The notes: generated by a model not told the origin, from the sequence alone. DNA of 64,000 nucleotides from Callorhinchus milii (GCF_018977255.1 NW_024704742.1:114950001-115014000); one strand, 5' to 3'; positions 38,181-53,272 are shown, counted from the stretch's first letter. Numbers and translations are program-made.

Positions 38181-38817
38181 ATATTAAACGATTCTCCCTC
38201 TGAATCCTCCCAAAAGGAGTCCTCCCACAGGATGCCTCCCAGATGAATAAAGATAAAGACAAAATGTCTGTCTGTGTCAATCTGCATTCCATATTGGATC
38301 ATTTGGTTGCAAGCAAAGCTGCAACGGGTATAGCTAGCTATGAATAAAATGATGGTCAGAACCCACTTGCAGTCTTATATGTGTCAGTTTGGCTCAGTCG
38401 GTGTAGCACTCTTGCTTCTGAGTCATTGGATTGCAGTTTCAAACTTCGAAGCACGGACTCCACAGCCTAAACTAGCACTCCATGCAGTACTGAGGAAGCA
38501 CTGCTTTGAGATATCTTTTGGATAATAATAAAAATCCTTGCGTTTGCTATAGAGCTTTAACACGTCGGAAGGACGTCTCAAAGCGCTTCACGGGATTTAC
38601 TGTGAAGTTGAGCGACTGTATTTGTTGGCAAATAGCAGCACAATTGCGCACATCAGTGTTCCACAACATCCATGGAGCGACTGACCAACTTCATTTGGGG
38701 GATTGTTGGCCAGGACACAGCTAGACACAGCTAGAGAGAAACTCCACTCTCTCTTCGAACAATGAGATCCCAATCTCTGCCTATTTTCATGTTGACATTA
38801 AAGATCTCGCGGCACAT

Positions 38818-39129
38818 TATAATAATAATCCTTGCATTTGATATAGCGCTTTTCACGTCGGGAGGACGTCCCAAAGCGCTTCACAGAACACACTAAAGTG
38901 AATTGACTGTATATTTGTGGGCGAACGCGGCAGCCAATTGCGCACAGCAATGTCCCACAAACAGTCGTAGATTGAAAATGACCAATTTATTATTGTTTTG
39001 GTTTTGGAGGGATTATTATTAGGCTCTGTGTGGAGTAAGGAAACTTGCCCAAGGTTTCGCCCTCTGCCTGGAATTGAACTCAGGTCTCTCGCTTGCAAAG
39101 CGAGTGCTCTAACCACTGAGCTACAGGAC
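38818..39129 (-). mobile_element. Young tRNA-derived SINE
   Basis: Full-length copy. Confidence 0.92.
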
Positions 39130-42100
39130 ATTTTTAAAATGAGAAGGATGCTCGCAGAATGCTCCAGATTAATCTGTCGTTCACCTCAAGCAGTGTTCAT
39201 CTGCAAAAAGAAATCTCACTACACCTGAGAGTAATAATAATAAAGTAATCCTTGCATTTGGGACATCATTGTTATTGGGTCGTCTCAAGGCGCTTCACAG
39301 GATTTTACTGTGAATTAGAGTGACTGCATTTGTAGGCAAACTCAGCATCCAATTTGTGCGCTGTAGTGTCCCACAAACAGCTATGAAGTGAATCATCAAT
39401 TTTATTTGGGGATTGTTGGCAGGACATTTGGAGAAACTCTCTTCTCTTTTCAAGTAATGCCATGGGATCTATTTGTAATTGCTTGAACATGCAGACGTTA
39501 ATTTGGGTTCATTTCTCATCCAAAGGAGAGCATCTCCGACAATACAGCACATCCCCAGCACTCCATTGGCGTGTCAGTCTAAATTGTGAGTTCAAAGGCC
39601 TGATGTGAATAATTGTTTTGGATGTGATAAAGCACTCTAAAATTACAAATTCTTTTATTGAATCAAATATTTTTTCCTAGTTCCAAATGATATCAGGATT
39701 CCCATTTGTACGTTTCTGATCAACACTATGAACGTTCAATGTAATTAATGCTGATTTCTGATTCCATGTGTGTATAATTCTCACCCGTCATTTCAGAATA
39801 ATTAGGTATTGAGGGATTTAAAGAACGGTTGAGTGAGTGACAGGTTTTGAGAAAGACATTTCTGTTGCTGTCGAGGGAGTGCTGTAGTTAATTGTTTTGA
39901 GATTTATGAGTATTAGGAGATTAAAGGAATATGTAAACGAACAGGATAGAAGTTCTATTAGCAGTTGCATACAGATGTAACGTGTAAAACAACATGAGGG
40001 ATCTGGATGATGTTACTTTGAACTGTGTATTTTTAGCCATTTTGCTTTTCAGCTTACTCGACAGTTCAGTTAATAGCACTTTCACCTCTGAGTCAGGAAG
40101 TTGTGGGTTCAAGCCCTATGTTGCCCTGTAGTCTAGGGTAATACTCCATTGCAGTGCTGGGGGGGTGTTGCATTATCAGAGGTGTTGTCCTTCAGATGAG
40201 ATGTTGAACCAAGGTTTCATCTAACTGTTCAGGTGGATGTTAAAGATCCCATGGCACTATTCGAAAAGAGAAAGAGTTTCTCCCGGTATCCTGGCCAACA
40301 ATCCCCCAGATAAAGGGTACTGTGCCGACCAAGGTCAAAAGGGAGTTGGATATATACTTGAGGAAAGTACATTTGCAAGGCTATGGGGAAAGAGCGAGTG
40401 AGTGGGACTAATTGGATAGCTCTTTCAAAAAGCCCAAACAGGCACGATGGACTCCTTCCATAGGATTCTATGATTCTATGATAAAATTGGTCATTCTCTT
40501 CATGGCCATTTAGTGAGACATTGCTCAACGCAAATTGGCTGCTAAGTTCACCTACAAAATACACACGTCACTTCAAATCTTTATAGACGTCTTCCCAATG
40601 TGAAAAGCACTATTTTTAATGCGAGGATTATTATTGTTGTTTACTGTAAACATTCAAATATAAACATTCACTAACTGATTACCGGAGGGCAATTCTTTAA
40701 TGACAGTCATAAATATTGTAATTCCATTAACGCAAATATTTTCCATTATCTAAGCAGACAAGCTCTCCTAAGGACTAGAATTTCTCATATTTATAGCCTT
40801 AAGATTTAAAATTGTGCAAGTTGTTTTTATTTTAGTGTGTCCTGTTGTATTTATTCTCCCAATTGGCTTGTGCCTCCCAATTCCTGGTCCTAGTCTTTTT
40901 GTGCTGAGGTACAGTTCCACAGGCACTGGTTGGAATCCAATAACCCACTCAAATTGGCCAATGTGTGACTGTGTGGGCCCTGGCACCTGGCAGTGAGGGG
41001 CGTTCCCCAAGCCTCGGCTCTTGACAACCTGTGCCTAATACTTTCCGGAATTAGGTAAGCAGGATGCATCCCTTCAGGAAGAAAATGCACTTTCCATTCC
41101 AACAATCTATCACTGGGATTTCTATGTGTAGGTGGGATGCATGGAACTCTCAGTTTGGTTTAGATACTCTTAAGCATGGTGATGGGTTTCCGCACATGTC
41201 AGACACCTGGCTGACCCCACCCCACCTGCCAAAAAGGCCACTTGACTTTAGAGGGTGTCAAAATAGAGCCTGAAATCTTCTCACCCAGCTACCACACACC
41301 ACACACAGTACTGGCAGAGGCTTCTGTAGATAGTGCCTAGTTCCTTAACCCTACTGGGAAAGTCAGGGCCAATTCAGTCTCCCATGATTGACACCACAAA
41401 TTCAGCACTGACTGAGTTTTGAACCAGTGAGCTCCCAGCTCTATCCACTGTACATCTCCACCTCCTCTTAGAAAATTCTTAATTCCAATCTTAATGCGTT
41501 AGCTGGTTTCTTGCATTTCTTAAAAGAAACCCGTGGAAATAAAAATGACTTAAAAATGCAGGGAATAATAGTTGCATCTAGTACAGAACTGATAACATCA
41601 AAGTGTTTCAAAGTGCCTCAAGGCTAAGACCAAGAGACATTTTGCAGTCTCTGATATCCTTCAAGCTTGCTATCTTCAGTAAGAGTGGGTTCAATAAAGT
41701 GCAGTTGTGAGTTGTGGGTCCTCTCCACATAGAGGGTGACTCTTTAACAGGCTGCTCAGATCAGGGACAATACCATGACTATCCAAGATGTTTGTCACTT
41801 GATCCAGTTCTAATAAGGGTCAGATATGGTGGATTAGAATCAATGTAATCTTATTACATCTACGAACGTTATAACTAACATCAGAATGCTTCCCCACACT
41901 CTTCCTTACCTTGCTCCTTTCTGCTCCTGAAAATGCATCTCCAGAACTTTTTTCTTCATACAGAACACAGTGAGGTTCAGAAGGATCTCAAAAGGACCAA
42001 TTGACAATGTAAACTGAGTTTTCTGCAGGGAAACACTAAATGGTACATTACGTTGATTTAATGATAATTCTTCCATTTTATATAGCACCTTATCGCGTCA

Positions 42101-45100
42101 TCAAATGCTTACAGGATTTCTGCTGTAAAGTGTATTGACTGTATTTTTTGTAAGCAAATGTGGCGGCTGATTTACTCAGCAATGTCCTACAAACAGCCAT
42201 GAAGTAAATGACCAATTTTGATCTAGAGCATTGGTGGCCAGAACTACCTGGAGAAACTCCCTCCTTGTTTCAAATAATGTTGTGGGATCTGAACCACCAA
42301 ACCTCGGTTTAACACGCTGTGACTACACAGTGCACCCCAAGCACTGCATTAGTATGACAACCAGTACAATGAGTTCACGCCCACGTGGGGCTTGATCCAC
42401 AACCTTCTGACTCATAGATGACTCCAACTGAGCCAGGCTGACTCGTTCCAACCCAAGTTCTCCTCGGGGCCAAGGTCTAATGACTACACCTAGACTCCAT
42501 ACAACTCAGTTATGCCACAGGTACTTTATCAAGTGCTATTTCTAGTACACATCAATAAGCTAGGTTACAATGGGAGGTCAGCACAGCCAAGCCAGATCCT
42601 AACCTCACACACTGTTCCTACCTTTCAGCAGGAGTCAAAGTAGGGGGAAAGCCATTTACCAACATTCAATTCCTCACCACGATGGGCACAAAATGTAACA
42701 CAGAAGAAAAGAGCTAAGAGACTATTACAAATTGGTCTTCGTTTAATAATAACAACTAAAACTAAACCTGGCAAATCTTCCAAATCATACAGTAGACTGA
42801 ACACAAAGTCCAACTTATTTATTATTAATAGTAGTAATCATACTTACATTGGATCAAACACCTTTTGCGTCAGGAGGACATCTCAAAGCACCTCAGGATT
42901 TACTAAATATTGTGACTACGTGTTTATTCAACTTGAATATTTCAGAGGCAGCAAAACCTTTTTCGCTGCTGACACAATATTAAGATAAAACCTAGTCTAG
43001 ATATTACAGTGCAGCTATTCGATATTGTAACATAAGTACATGAACTAATGGTGTAATTCATTATAATTTGGTTCGACCCCCAGCTGTCTTTTCTCCCCCA
43101 CATCCGGCCCCTGACCAGGACCTCCTTCTTCCACCTCTGCCACATTGCCCTCCTCCGACCATTACACCCCAAAACTCTGGAACTCTCTCCCTCAATCCCT
43201 CCATTTTCTCCCCTCCCTCCCCTCTTTCAGGTCCCGCCTGAAACCTTTCTTCTTTGACCATGAAAACTTTCCTCTGCTTACAACCACCTCTCCCCTCCCC
43301 CCGGCTCAGAGTCAGGCTCCGCCACTGTTAAACGCTCTGAGACGCTACCCTGAGTGGAGGGCGCTATACAAGTGCAAGTTGTTGTTATAATTTTTAAGGA
43401 AGAGTCGTACTTGCAGTATTTAAGTGATTAAGTTGAATGATGCTGTGGACTATTACATGAACAGAAGCTGCAAATGTATTTTGTGTGATACAATGTTTTA
43501 CTCCTTAAAACCTTCTTATTCCCTGAGACCAGAGGTGCGTTCACTGTGAGGATAACCACTATATCGCACAGTAAATCAGATTACTGCCTGTGATGTTGCC
43601 TGATTCTACCCTAGATATGGTCTGTGGGGAAGATGCTGCTGACTAGAGAGCACCACCCTCTCTCTCTCTCTCTCTGCTGAGCTGATGGCCTGCTCAGCAC
43701 TGGCTGCTGGAAGTGTCAGTCAAACACACATCACTAGCACAGACTTTTATCAGGTGAGGAACAGCACAAAGTCCACATCTTTGCTTCTCAAGTGCTGGCA
43801 AAATCCTGGAACTCATCAATCCTCCGCTGCTGACAGTTCAGAGAGGAAAAATCCTTTGACATTCAAGAATAGGGAGTTTTAGTTTAAGTTAAACCCAGAT
43901 TTCAAAATCTTTCGGTAAAAGCAATGTCAATTACACCTAGTGTGGATCTTGAAGATAGCTTGTGTACAAGTGACAGCTTGTGTGTTATGGTGCATTCAGT
44001 ATAAATGAGTCTGGTGGATTACACAAACACTGGCAGCTTTCAGGACCCATTTACTACTAATATTAGATCCTGGAAGATGTGAAACAAATGATTCGCACCA
44101 GGTAAGACTTCATTTTTACTTCTGTATGATTGTGTTTGAGTGTGAAGACTGACACATAATCTTTCATTGCATAAATCCATTCAAAAACTCTGCTGAAGTG
44201 GTCGATTTTGTTTCTGCTGTTTTCATTCTGTTTCAGCTTCAAATAGCTTTGGTCTCTTTCTCTCCCATTCATTCTCCTCTGCTGTTCACTATGTACAAGC
44301 GCTCAGAGATGCTACCCTGAATGAAGGGTGTTATATAAATGCAAATTGTTGTTGTTGTGGTTAATAGTATTCAAATATTACCCTTATGGTCTGTATCTGA
44401 AATCTCTAAATTATATGCATAAATAATATATTTTTCAAACCTCAGCCTTTTCATAATATTCATAACGTTGCAATAGATTAAAGATGTGAGTGCTATAGTA
44501 TTCATGCTTTCACTAGGCTGTAAATACTGTGTTCAGCAATTCATAGAATAATTCCCTGGTTGTCACATTATGTAGATGTTTGTGATAAGTTATTAGTTAT
44601 TATTACACTGGTCTAGCCCTTCTTCCGAATTAACTCTTTGTCTTTACTAAGAGAATCTGCAACATCACGTAACAGCACCTTTGTTGTTATGCCTAAAGTC
44701 CGACCAAGAATAATTTTAAACAAAGTTAGGGAACTGGGTGGTACCGTGGGCGAGCACACTGTTCTTTCAACATTGCGAGCTGAATTTGAATGCAAATCAG
44801 ATTGATGGGATCAAAGTTCCTCTCTGCTGGCTCTAATCATCCCAAATTAATGTATCGTTAGCAGTCTCAACACGGTCACCAGAAGGCAGGAGGGAAATTC
44901 TGCACAAAACAGCAATCTTCCATTTCGCCCACAAAATATACAGTCAATTCACTTACAGTATAATCTGTGAAGCACTTTGAGATGTCTTGAAGACGTGATA
45001 AGGCGCTATGTCAAATGCAAGGATTATTATTATTATCTTACTGGCAGATACCACAAGGAAGGCTGGTGAAGGAATTAGCAAAAAAAACCTGCATCGGTGC

Positions 45101-47499
45101 ATTAGGTGATAAGTCTGGGGTTACGCCACATTGTTGGAGCAGTATAGAGAGAGCTTTACTGTACCTTTGAGCAGGCTGTAGCAGATCTAGGAGTTCGTAA
45201 AGGTGACCCTAGAACCCTGAAATGAAAAAAGGATTTCACAAATCCCCCAAAAATACTTCTATCACGCAACAAATATCTGTCTTTAACTCTTTGAAGCTCA
45301 CGGTCTGACTCTGTGAAACATTTTAAGATGTTTACCTGTGTGAAATGCGCTTGTTCAATTGGCTGGTGCGTCACCTACAAAATAAACGGTTACTACACTT
45401 AAAGTATATCCTATGAAGCACTCTGAGACGTCCTCTCGACATGAAATGAGCTGTACCAAATATAAGTATTATTTAACAAATGCAAGTTGGTGTTGTTGTA
45501 ATCCCTTCGGACATCCTCTCACATAGCCGTTACATTGTGCAAAAACCTTCTAATCCTTTCTCACTACATACATGAGGGAGAAGGGAATAGAGAGGTATGA
45601 GCAAGGCTAGGGCGAGAGGATTCAGGTGAAGCTAACTTGGGTAGTGTCATAAACACTGGCTTAGACCAGTTGAGCCAAATGGCCTGTTTCAGTGCTACAT
45701 ATTCTATGTAATTCTAGGTAATTCTATACAGTTTATCTGGGTAGGAAATGGTTTCAACTCAATAAATGTTTACTGCAGTTAGGTGTGTGAAGAATCATGT
45801 TTCCTGCATTACTATTGTATACTATGGGAGGCAAGCAATCTCAGAGTATTCGGAGATACAGTATGACATATAGATTTTAATACTCTCTGCACTCCCTTCA
45901 TCAGTCAATACTTTTTGATCCAAACACTGGGATGCTCCAGTCTGCCCACATTTCAATGGAAGCCTCTGATGTTATTTCTGGGCTGGTCCACCAGGAGGTG
46001 CCATACCCAGTGAAGGAGAATGTGTCAATCAGCTTTAGTATAGATTAGGAGGGCATAACATAACCACCAAATTGTAATGCTGTCAGATGTTATGCCCCAG
46101 CATAGTAAAACATTGCAGAAAGTAGGAACCCCTTGTTATTCAATTGGCGGATTGCTTCTCCGGGGGTAATAAACCCTCAACAAAAAAAACATTTGATAAC
46201 TCAATCCACGACTACTGTGCGACACTGCTGTGCGCAATTGGCTGCCGTGTTTCGCCCACAAAATCCACCGTCAATCCACTTTACAGTATATTCTGATAAG
46301 CGCTTTTAGACATTTTAACGATGTGATAAGGCGCTATATCAAATGCAAGGATTATTATTATTACATTGACTCTGATAAAGAAGAGATCCAGTATGGTTGT
46401 GGATAATGAGTAAGCACTTATTCCATAATTATTTCTGGAGCAATCCTACAACAGAAGCATTCATAACAATGATTATGCATTTCATACAGGGCCTCAGCGT
46501 ATCATTGAGCTGCCTCAAAGCTTTTCACAGGAATTACTGTAAAAGATAGTGACTGTGTATTTGTAGGTGATTGCAACAGTCAATTTACATACAACAGTGT
46601 TCCACGAACAGCCAAGAACTGTATGACTAATTTATCTGGAGTACTATTGGCCAGGACAACAGGAGAAACTCCCTTCTCTTTTCGAATGCTGAGTGACATG
46701 GGATCTTTAACTTATAGCTGAACAGGCAGATGGGTGGTAGGATGAGTGGATCACAATTTAACATCTCATTCAAAGGACAGGTGTCGCGTCTGATAATGCA
46801 ATGCTTCCCCATTGTTGCATTGGAGTGCAATATTCTTTACATATATTATTAAAATTTGCAGATGACAGAAAAATAGGGAGTGTGGCTAACTGTGACAAGA
46901 ACTGTAAGCAACTTCAGGAGGACATAGAAGGTGATACAGTGGAACCTCGTCATAACAGATGATTGATTAAAAAAATGGCTGAGCTTCTGCGCGATGCACA
47001 TGCGTAAAGTAACGTGGAGGTAACCAAATGATCTGAAAATTGTCCAAATTTGAAATGAACAAGAGCAAACGAGGGAGAAAGGGTAGATGATGGCAGTGAG
47101 AACAAAAGAAGTGAGAGAATGAGAAAGAAGAGAGGGGGGGAAGAATAAATACAACACTAAAGGGAGAGATGAAAAAGGAAAGTCTCAGACAAGAAAGAAA
47201 AGGTCGAGAACAAGAACGAAAATGCTGAGAGAAATAAGTAAGAAAAGAGAGGATGGAGACAGCAGAAGAGGAGAAAGGGAGTCAATAGAGGAATCCAATG
47301 AAAGGGAAGAAAGAGTTTACAGGAGTGGAGAGACAATGAGAAAGGAGAGCAAAAGGAAACATAGAGCAATACGGAATGGATACCAAATAGAAGAGAATTC
47401 ACTCGAACAGAGAGCCCAACAGAGTGAGGTGGGAACAGAGTGAGAAAGACTTGGATGAGAGTGGGAATCAGGTGTAGAGGGGGGAGGAGGTGCTAAGTG

Positions 47500-49986
47500 A
47501 ACTAAATAAATAACCAATAAAATAAGTAGAAATAACAGCACAGGCAGTGTGTCGGGAACGCAGTATGCAAGAGTTTGTACACTGTGAGACTGTCCCTGAC
47601 TGTCACGTCTGCAGGAAATATCTCTGGCTTTACACACTCCGGCTCCGAATCATTGAGCTGAAGTGTGAGTTAGACACACTCCCACAAATAAGGAAAGGGG
47701 ATGAATTTCTGGATAGTTTTATGCAGGACTCAGTCACACCTCAGAGGAAAGCACAGGTACAGGAAGGGGAGGGTGTGAATGTCAATGAGCAGGGTAGCGG
47801 GAACCTAGGAGAGGTAGAGAAGGAGTTCCTGCAGACACTGGTCCTGTCCAACAGGTACAATGTACTCGATACCTGTGAGCACAAGGAGAACGACTGTAGG
47901 GAGGAGAGCCACAATGCAGACCAAGGCACAATGGAGCAGAATGCTGTCCGAAGGGCGGGAGGAGCAGAATAGAAATATAGTAGTGATTGGGGATTCAGTA
48001 GTTAGGGACGTAGTTAGCATCCTGTGTAGTCATGAATTAGAGTCCCAAAGCATGTGTTGCCTACCTGGCGCCAGGGTAAGGGATATCTCGAGGCGGCTGG
48101 AGAGGAATTTGGAAAGGGAGGGGGCAGATCCAGTTGTTGTGGTCCATGTTGGGATGAACGACATAGGTAAGAACAGGGAGGAGGTCCTGCAGAGGGAGTT
48201 TCAGGAGTTAGGAGCTAAAAGACAAGACCTTGAGAGTAAGAATCTCTGGATTATTACCCAAGCCACATGCAAATTGGAGAAACACATTAGGAAAATTAAC
48301 ACCTGGCTAAAGGATTGTGTGGGAAAGAAGGGTTCCATGTTATAGGACACCGGCACCATTACTGGGACAGGAAGGAGCTGTACCGATGGGTCAGGCTCCA
48401 CCTGAACCGGAATGTCCTAGCGGAAAGGGTAAATCAGGCTGTGGCAAAGGCTTAAAACTAGTAAGATGAGATGACGGATCAGAAGGAAATGGCATAAACC
48501 CAAATATAAAGAAAACAGGAGATGAGAGTATAGGTCAGACAAAACTAAGGAATAAGGAGAACATAAATGGTCAGAGAATCAATAGAATTATAGAACAGAA
48601 GTGTGAAAAGACTGTCAAAAATAAAGTGAGAGAAACAACTAATAAACACAAATTAAACTGTCTGTACAGCAATGTACACAGCATCCAAAATAAAACAGGA
48701 GAATTGGAGGCAATAATTCGTAGTGAGGAACCAGATATAGTAGCGATTACCGAAACATAGCTATAGAAAGAACAGGACTGGCAATTAAACATAACTTAAT
48801 AAGATTTAAGATAAAGATTGAGAAGGACATGAGTATGACAAAGACCAGGGTAAAAGATGGAAAAAAGCTGATTTTGAGGGGATGAGAATGGAACTTGGGA
48901 AATTACACTGGAAAACATTAATGGCAAACAAAGAGATAGAGCAGCAGTGGGAAACATTTAAAAGCGTGATCAATAGAGTCCAGAGAAATATATTCCGCTA
49001 AAAAACAAGATAAAGCTAAACAATAATGAGACACCGTGGATGAATAAAGACATAAGGGCAAAGGTGAGACTGAGGAAAGAGGCATTCACTAAGTACATAA
49101 ACAACAAGGGAGAGCATGACAAAAAAAACGAAACGGTTAGGAAGGTTAGGAAAGAATTCAAAAAAACAATTAGGAAGGCAAGAAGGAATTATTAAATTAT
49201 CAAGGAATATAAAAAGAAATAGTATTCTACAGACATAAATAACAAAAGAAAAATCAAAATAGGATTAGGGCCATTACGGGATGGATAACATAAGCTCACA
49301 GGCAGCGACAGCGAAGTGGCAGAAATATTGCATAATTACTTTGCCTCAGTATTTACCAGGGAGACGGATCAGGTGGATATTGACTTGGATGAAGGAATAG
49401 AACGTTTTATATCCAAGTTTGCAGACGACACTAAGCTAGAAGGCTGAGTAAGTTGTGTAGATGGGAGTAGGAAGTTACAAAGGGACTTAATATATTTGGA
49501 TTTCCAAAATGCTTTCGATAAGGTACCACATTATAGACTAATGAATAAGGTCAGAGCATGTGGAGTCAGGGGAAAAGTAGCAGAATGGATAGCAAGCTGC
49601 CTACAAAACAGAAAACAGAGAGTAGGGTTAGAGGGAGTAGCTGCTCAGACTGGCAGGGGGTGGGCAGTGGTGTTCCACAAGGATCAGTATTGGGACCACT
49701 GTTGTTCACAATTCACATTAATGATTTGGACTCGGGGATCAAAAGTACAATTTAAAAATTTGCAGACAACACCAAATTGGGGGGTGTAGTTAATGCTGAG
49801 GAGGACTGCAACAAATTACAGCAAGACATTAATTAACTTGCTGAATGGTCATTTAATTGTCAAATGAATTTCAATATAGATAAGTGTGAAGTGGTGCATT
49901 TTGGTAGGAGGAATAAGGAGGTCACATATTGCCTGGCAAATAAAAACCTAAATGGGGTAGATGAGTAAAGGGACCCAGGGGTACAC

Positions 49987-50024
<38 letters not shown>

Positions 50025-50976
50025 CCTTGCATTTGATATAGTGCTTTTCACGTCAGGAGGACGTCCCGAAGCACTTCACAGAACACACTGTAAAGTGAAT
50101 TGACTGTATATTTGTGGGCGAACGCGGCAGCCAATTGCGCACAGCAATGTCCCACAAACAGTCGTAGATTGAAAATGACCAATTTAATTATTGTTTTTGT
50201 TTTTTGGAGGGATTATTATTAGGCGTGTGGAGTAAGGAAACTTGCCCAAGGTTTCGCCCTGACCTGCCTGGAATTGAACTCAGGTCTCTCACTTCCAAAG
50301 CGAGTGCTCTAACCACTGAGCTACAGGACTCCACATACACAAATCACTAAAGTAGCAACGCAGGTTAATAAGGCCATAAAAAAGCAAACCAGGCATTGGG
50401 GTTCATTTCTAGAGGATAGAAATGAAAAGCAGGGAAATTATGGTAAACTTATATCGAACCTTGGGTGGACCACACTTGGAGTACTGTGTACAATTCTGGT
50501 CCACATATTATAGAAAGAATATAGAGGCACTGGAGAAGGTGAAAAGGGGATTCACAGGATGATCTTGGAACTGAGGGTGAGGGGTGACCTGATAGAGGTC
50601 TTTAAAATTATGAAAGATTTTGATAGGGTAGACATAGAGAAGATGTTTGCACTTGTGGGGGAGACCAAAACCAGGAACCATAAATATAAAATAGTCACCA
50701 ATAAATCAAATAGGGATGTCAGAAGAAACTTCTTCACCCAGAGAGTGGTGGGAACGTGGAACTTGCTACCACAAGGAGTAGTTGAAGCGAAAAGCATAGA
50801 TGTATTTAAGGGGAAGTTAGATTAGTACATGAAGGAGAAAGGAATAGAAGGTTATGCTGATGAGACTTAGTTAAGGAAGGGCAGGAGGAGGCTCATTTGG
50901 AGCATAAACGCCGACATAGACCAGCTGCGCCAAATAGCCTGTTTCTGTGCTGTATAGTCTATGTAATTCTATGTAA
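47500..50976 (+). mobile_element. Decayed near-full-length CR1 LINE with SGNH-esterase ORF1 and EN/RT ORF2
   Basis: ORF1 Cys motif and zipper (CHVCRKYLWLYTLRLRIIEL), then IGDS, LPGA and HVGMND blocks. EN start LNCLYSN...AITET. RT YLDFQNAFDKVPH and [15 protein letters not shown]-terminal RRNFFTQRVV..WN.LP. Tail ctatgtaattctatgtaa. Many stops and deletions. Confidence 0.93.
49989..50333 (-). mobile_element. Young tRNA-derived SINE nested in the CR1
   Basis: Full-length copy with a long (AAT)n tail; short acata duplication at the flanks. Confidence 0.92.
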
Positions 50977-51469
50977 CCAAAACTCAAGGAAAAGGCAGGA
51001 AAACTTGTTTTTTAATTTTTAATCCATTTAATTGTTAATTTAATTTGAATCAATGGTGTTCCATTGTCTTTTCACCATGTCCTCTCTCACTTCCTCTGTC
51101 TGTTTCTTCTCTCATTGACTATTCTTTCCTTCGGGCATTATCATTGTCATTGTCTCCCTCATCTCCCTCTCTCATCTCTTCCTTCTTTACTTATCGCTCA
51201 ATTCTCTCCTTCTCTCTAACTTTGTCTCCACCTCTCCCCCATACTCATTCTTCTCTCTCCTATCTCTATTGTTGCCTCCTCCTTCCCTCTCCCATTCCTT
51301 CTCTATCATTCTGTTGTCTCTACCTTTCATCTCTTATTCCTCTTTTTTTTTCCCTTTTCTCTCTGTTTTCTTTGTCTTGCTGACTCTTTCTTGTTGACAT
51401 TCCTTAATAATAAATCTACAGAACCATATAAATTTACAGCACAGAAAAAGACCATTTTGTCCATCTGTG

Positions 51470-53272
51470 CCAACTCCTTTAAAAGCAATCCTTTTACCTG
51501 GCCTTTCCCCCATAACAAACCATCTCCTCCGTCCACCTTTTCATGCCTCGCCCATCGTCTCCTCAAACTCCAACTGTGAGGAGATGCTGGACTTCCTCAA
51601 ATCCAAAATCGAGGGGATACATTCAGCCACCTCTGCCCCGTCCACAACCACCCTCATATCATCTCTCCCTCATGACCCACCCCACCACCCATCACCCCCA
51701 TACTCCTTCGACCCTATCTCTCCCTCCCTCACCGCGACTGTTCGCAAACTCAAACCCACCACCTGCTCCCTCAATCCCATCCCCACCTCTCTCCTCATAT
51801 CCCAGCTCCACATTCTGGCCTTCTCCTGTCCAACGTCATCAACCTTTCCGTGTCCACCGGTTCAGTTCCCACCCCCCTAAAAACAGCCGTCATCACCCCC
51901 ATCTAGAAAAAACTTTCCCTGGACCCATCCCTCCTCCTCCCACAGCATGGAAACAGCCCTGGTCAAAGTCACTAATGACATTCTGAACATCTGTGATCAG
52001 GGCTCCCTCTGCCTCCTTGTCCTCCTCGACCTCTCTGCCGCCTTTAACACTGTCGACCACTCTATCCTCATACACCGCCTCTCCTCTTTACTTTATCTTC
52101 GCGGACCTGCCCTTGCTTGATTCGATTCCTATCTCTCTCACCGTCTCCACTTTTTTGCCTCTAACGGTTTCTCCTCAAGCCTCCGCACTGTCACGTCTGG
52201 CGTCCCCCAGGGCTCTTTCCTTGGCCCTCTCCTCTTTAATATCTATATGCTCCCCCTTGGTGACGTCATCCGCAGACATGGGGTCAACTTCCACATGTAT
52301 GCGGATGACATCCAACTCTATCTTTCTGCCTCCACCCTCAACTCCAGAACCACTGCTGTCCTGACAGACTGCCTGTCGGACATCAAGTCCTGGATGAGGG
52401 CAAATTTCCTACAGTTGAATGTGAACAAGACTGAGGCCCTCCTGATTGGCTCGCGCCAGCGTCTCTGCACCTCAGGCTCTGGCAACATCAACCTCCATGG
52501 TTGCACACTACATCTCACCAAGCCAGTCAGGAACCTAGGTGTCTTGTTCGACCCTCAACTGTCTTTTCTCCCCCACATTCAAGCCATGACCCGCTCTGCC
52601 TTCCCTCACCTCCGGAACATCGCCCGACTCCACCACTACCTCACACCTCAGGCCGCTGAAACTCTTGTTCACACTTTCATCACCCCCAGGCTTGACTATG
52701 CAAACGCTCTGCTTGTTGGCCTTCCCAACTCCTCCCTCCACAGGCTGCAGATAATCCAGAACTCTGCAGCCCATGTCCTCTCCTGCACCAAACTCTGTGA
52801 CCCCATCTCACCCACTCTCGTCCAACCCCATTGGCTCCCTATCCTTCCGAGGATCCAGTTCAAGATCCTGGTCCTCACCTATAAAGCCCTCCATGGCCTC
52901 GCCCCACCCTACCTCAGCAACCTCCTAACCACCTACCAATCCGCCCGCTCCCTCCACTCAGCCGGCTCCTGCCTGCTCCACGTCCCCCGACCCACCCGCC
53001 CCACCATTGACAGGAGAGCCTTCAGCCACTCTGCCTCCAACCTCTAGAATTCATTCTGTCAATCACTCCGCCTCGCCCCCTCCTTAGCCTCCTTCAAGTC
53101 CCGCCTCAAGACCCTCCTCTTCGACCATGCCATCAGCCCCCCACTTCCTCTCCCCTCCCTTCTTCCCTCCCGATCCCAGCTCGGGTCTGAAATGCTGTAC
53201 ACTGTCCAGCGCCTTGGGACGTCCTCCCAACGTGAAAGACGCCATACAAATGTAATCTTGTTGTTGTTGTTG
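51470..53272 (+). mobile_element. L2 LINE fragment, same family, with internal deletions
   Basis: GVPQG, YADD and RLDYAN motifs; tail gcgccttgggacgtcctcc...(TTG)n. Confidence 0.93.

Noticed and set aside
43640..43753. Possible non-coding first exon of ANKRD34B (CT tract, CAG|gtgagg)
   Set aside because: Only a donor-like motif supports it; transcript data are needed.
47050..51390. Purine-rich and pyrimidine-rich tracts flanking the CR1 as inverted terminal repeats
   Set aside because: Only compositional complementarity; no alignable inverted repeat was seen.
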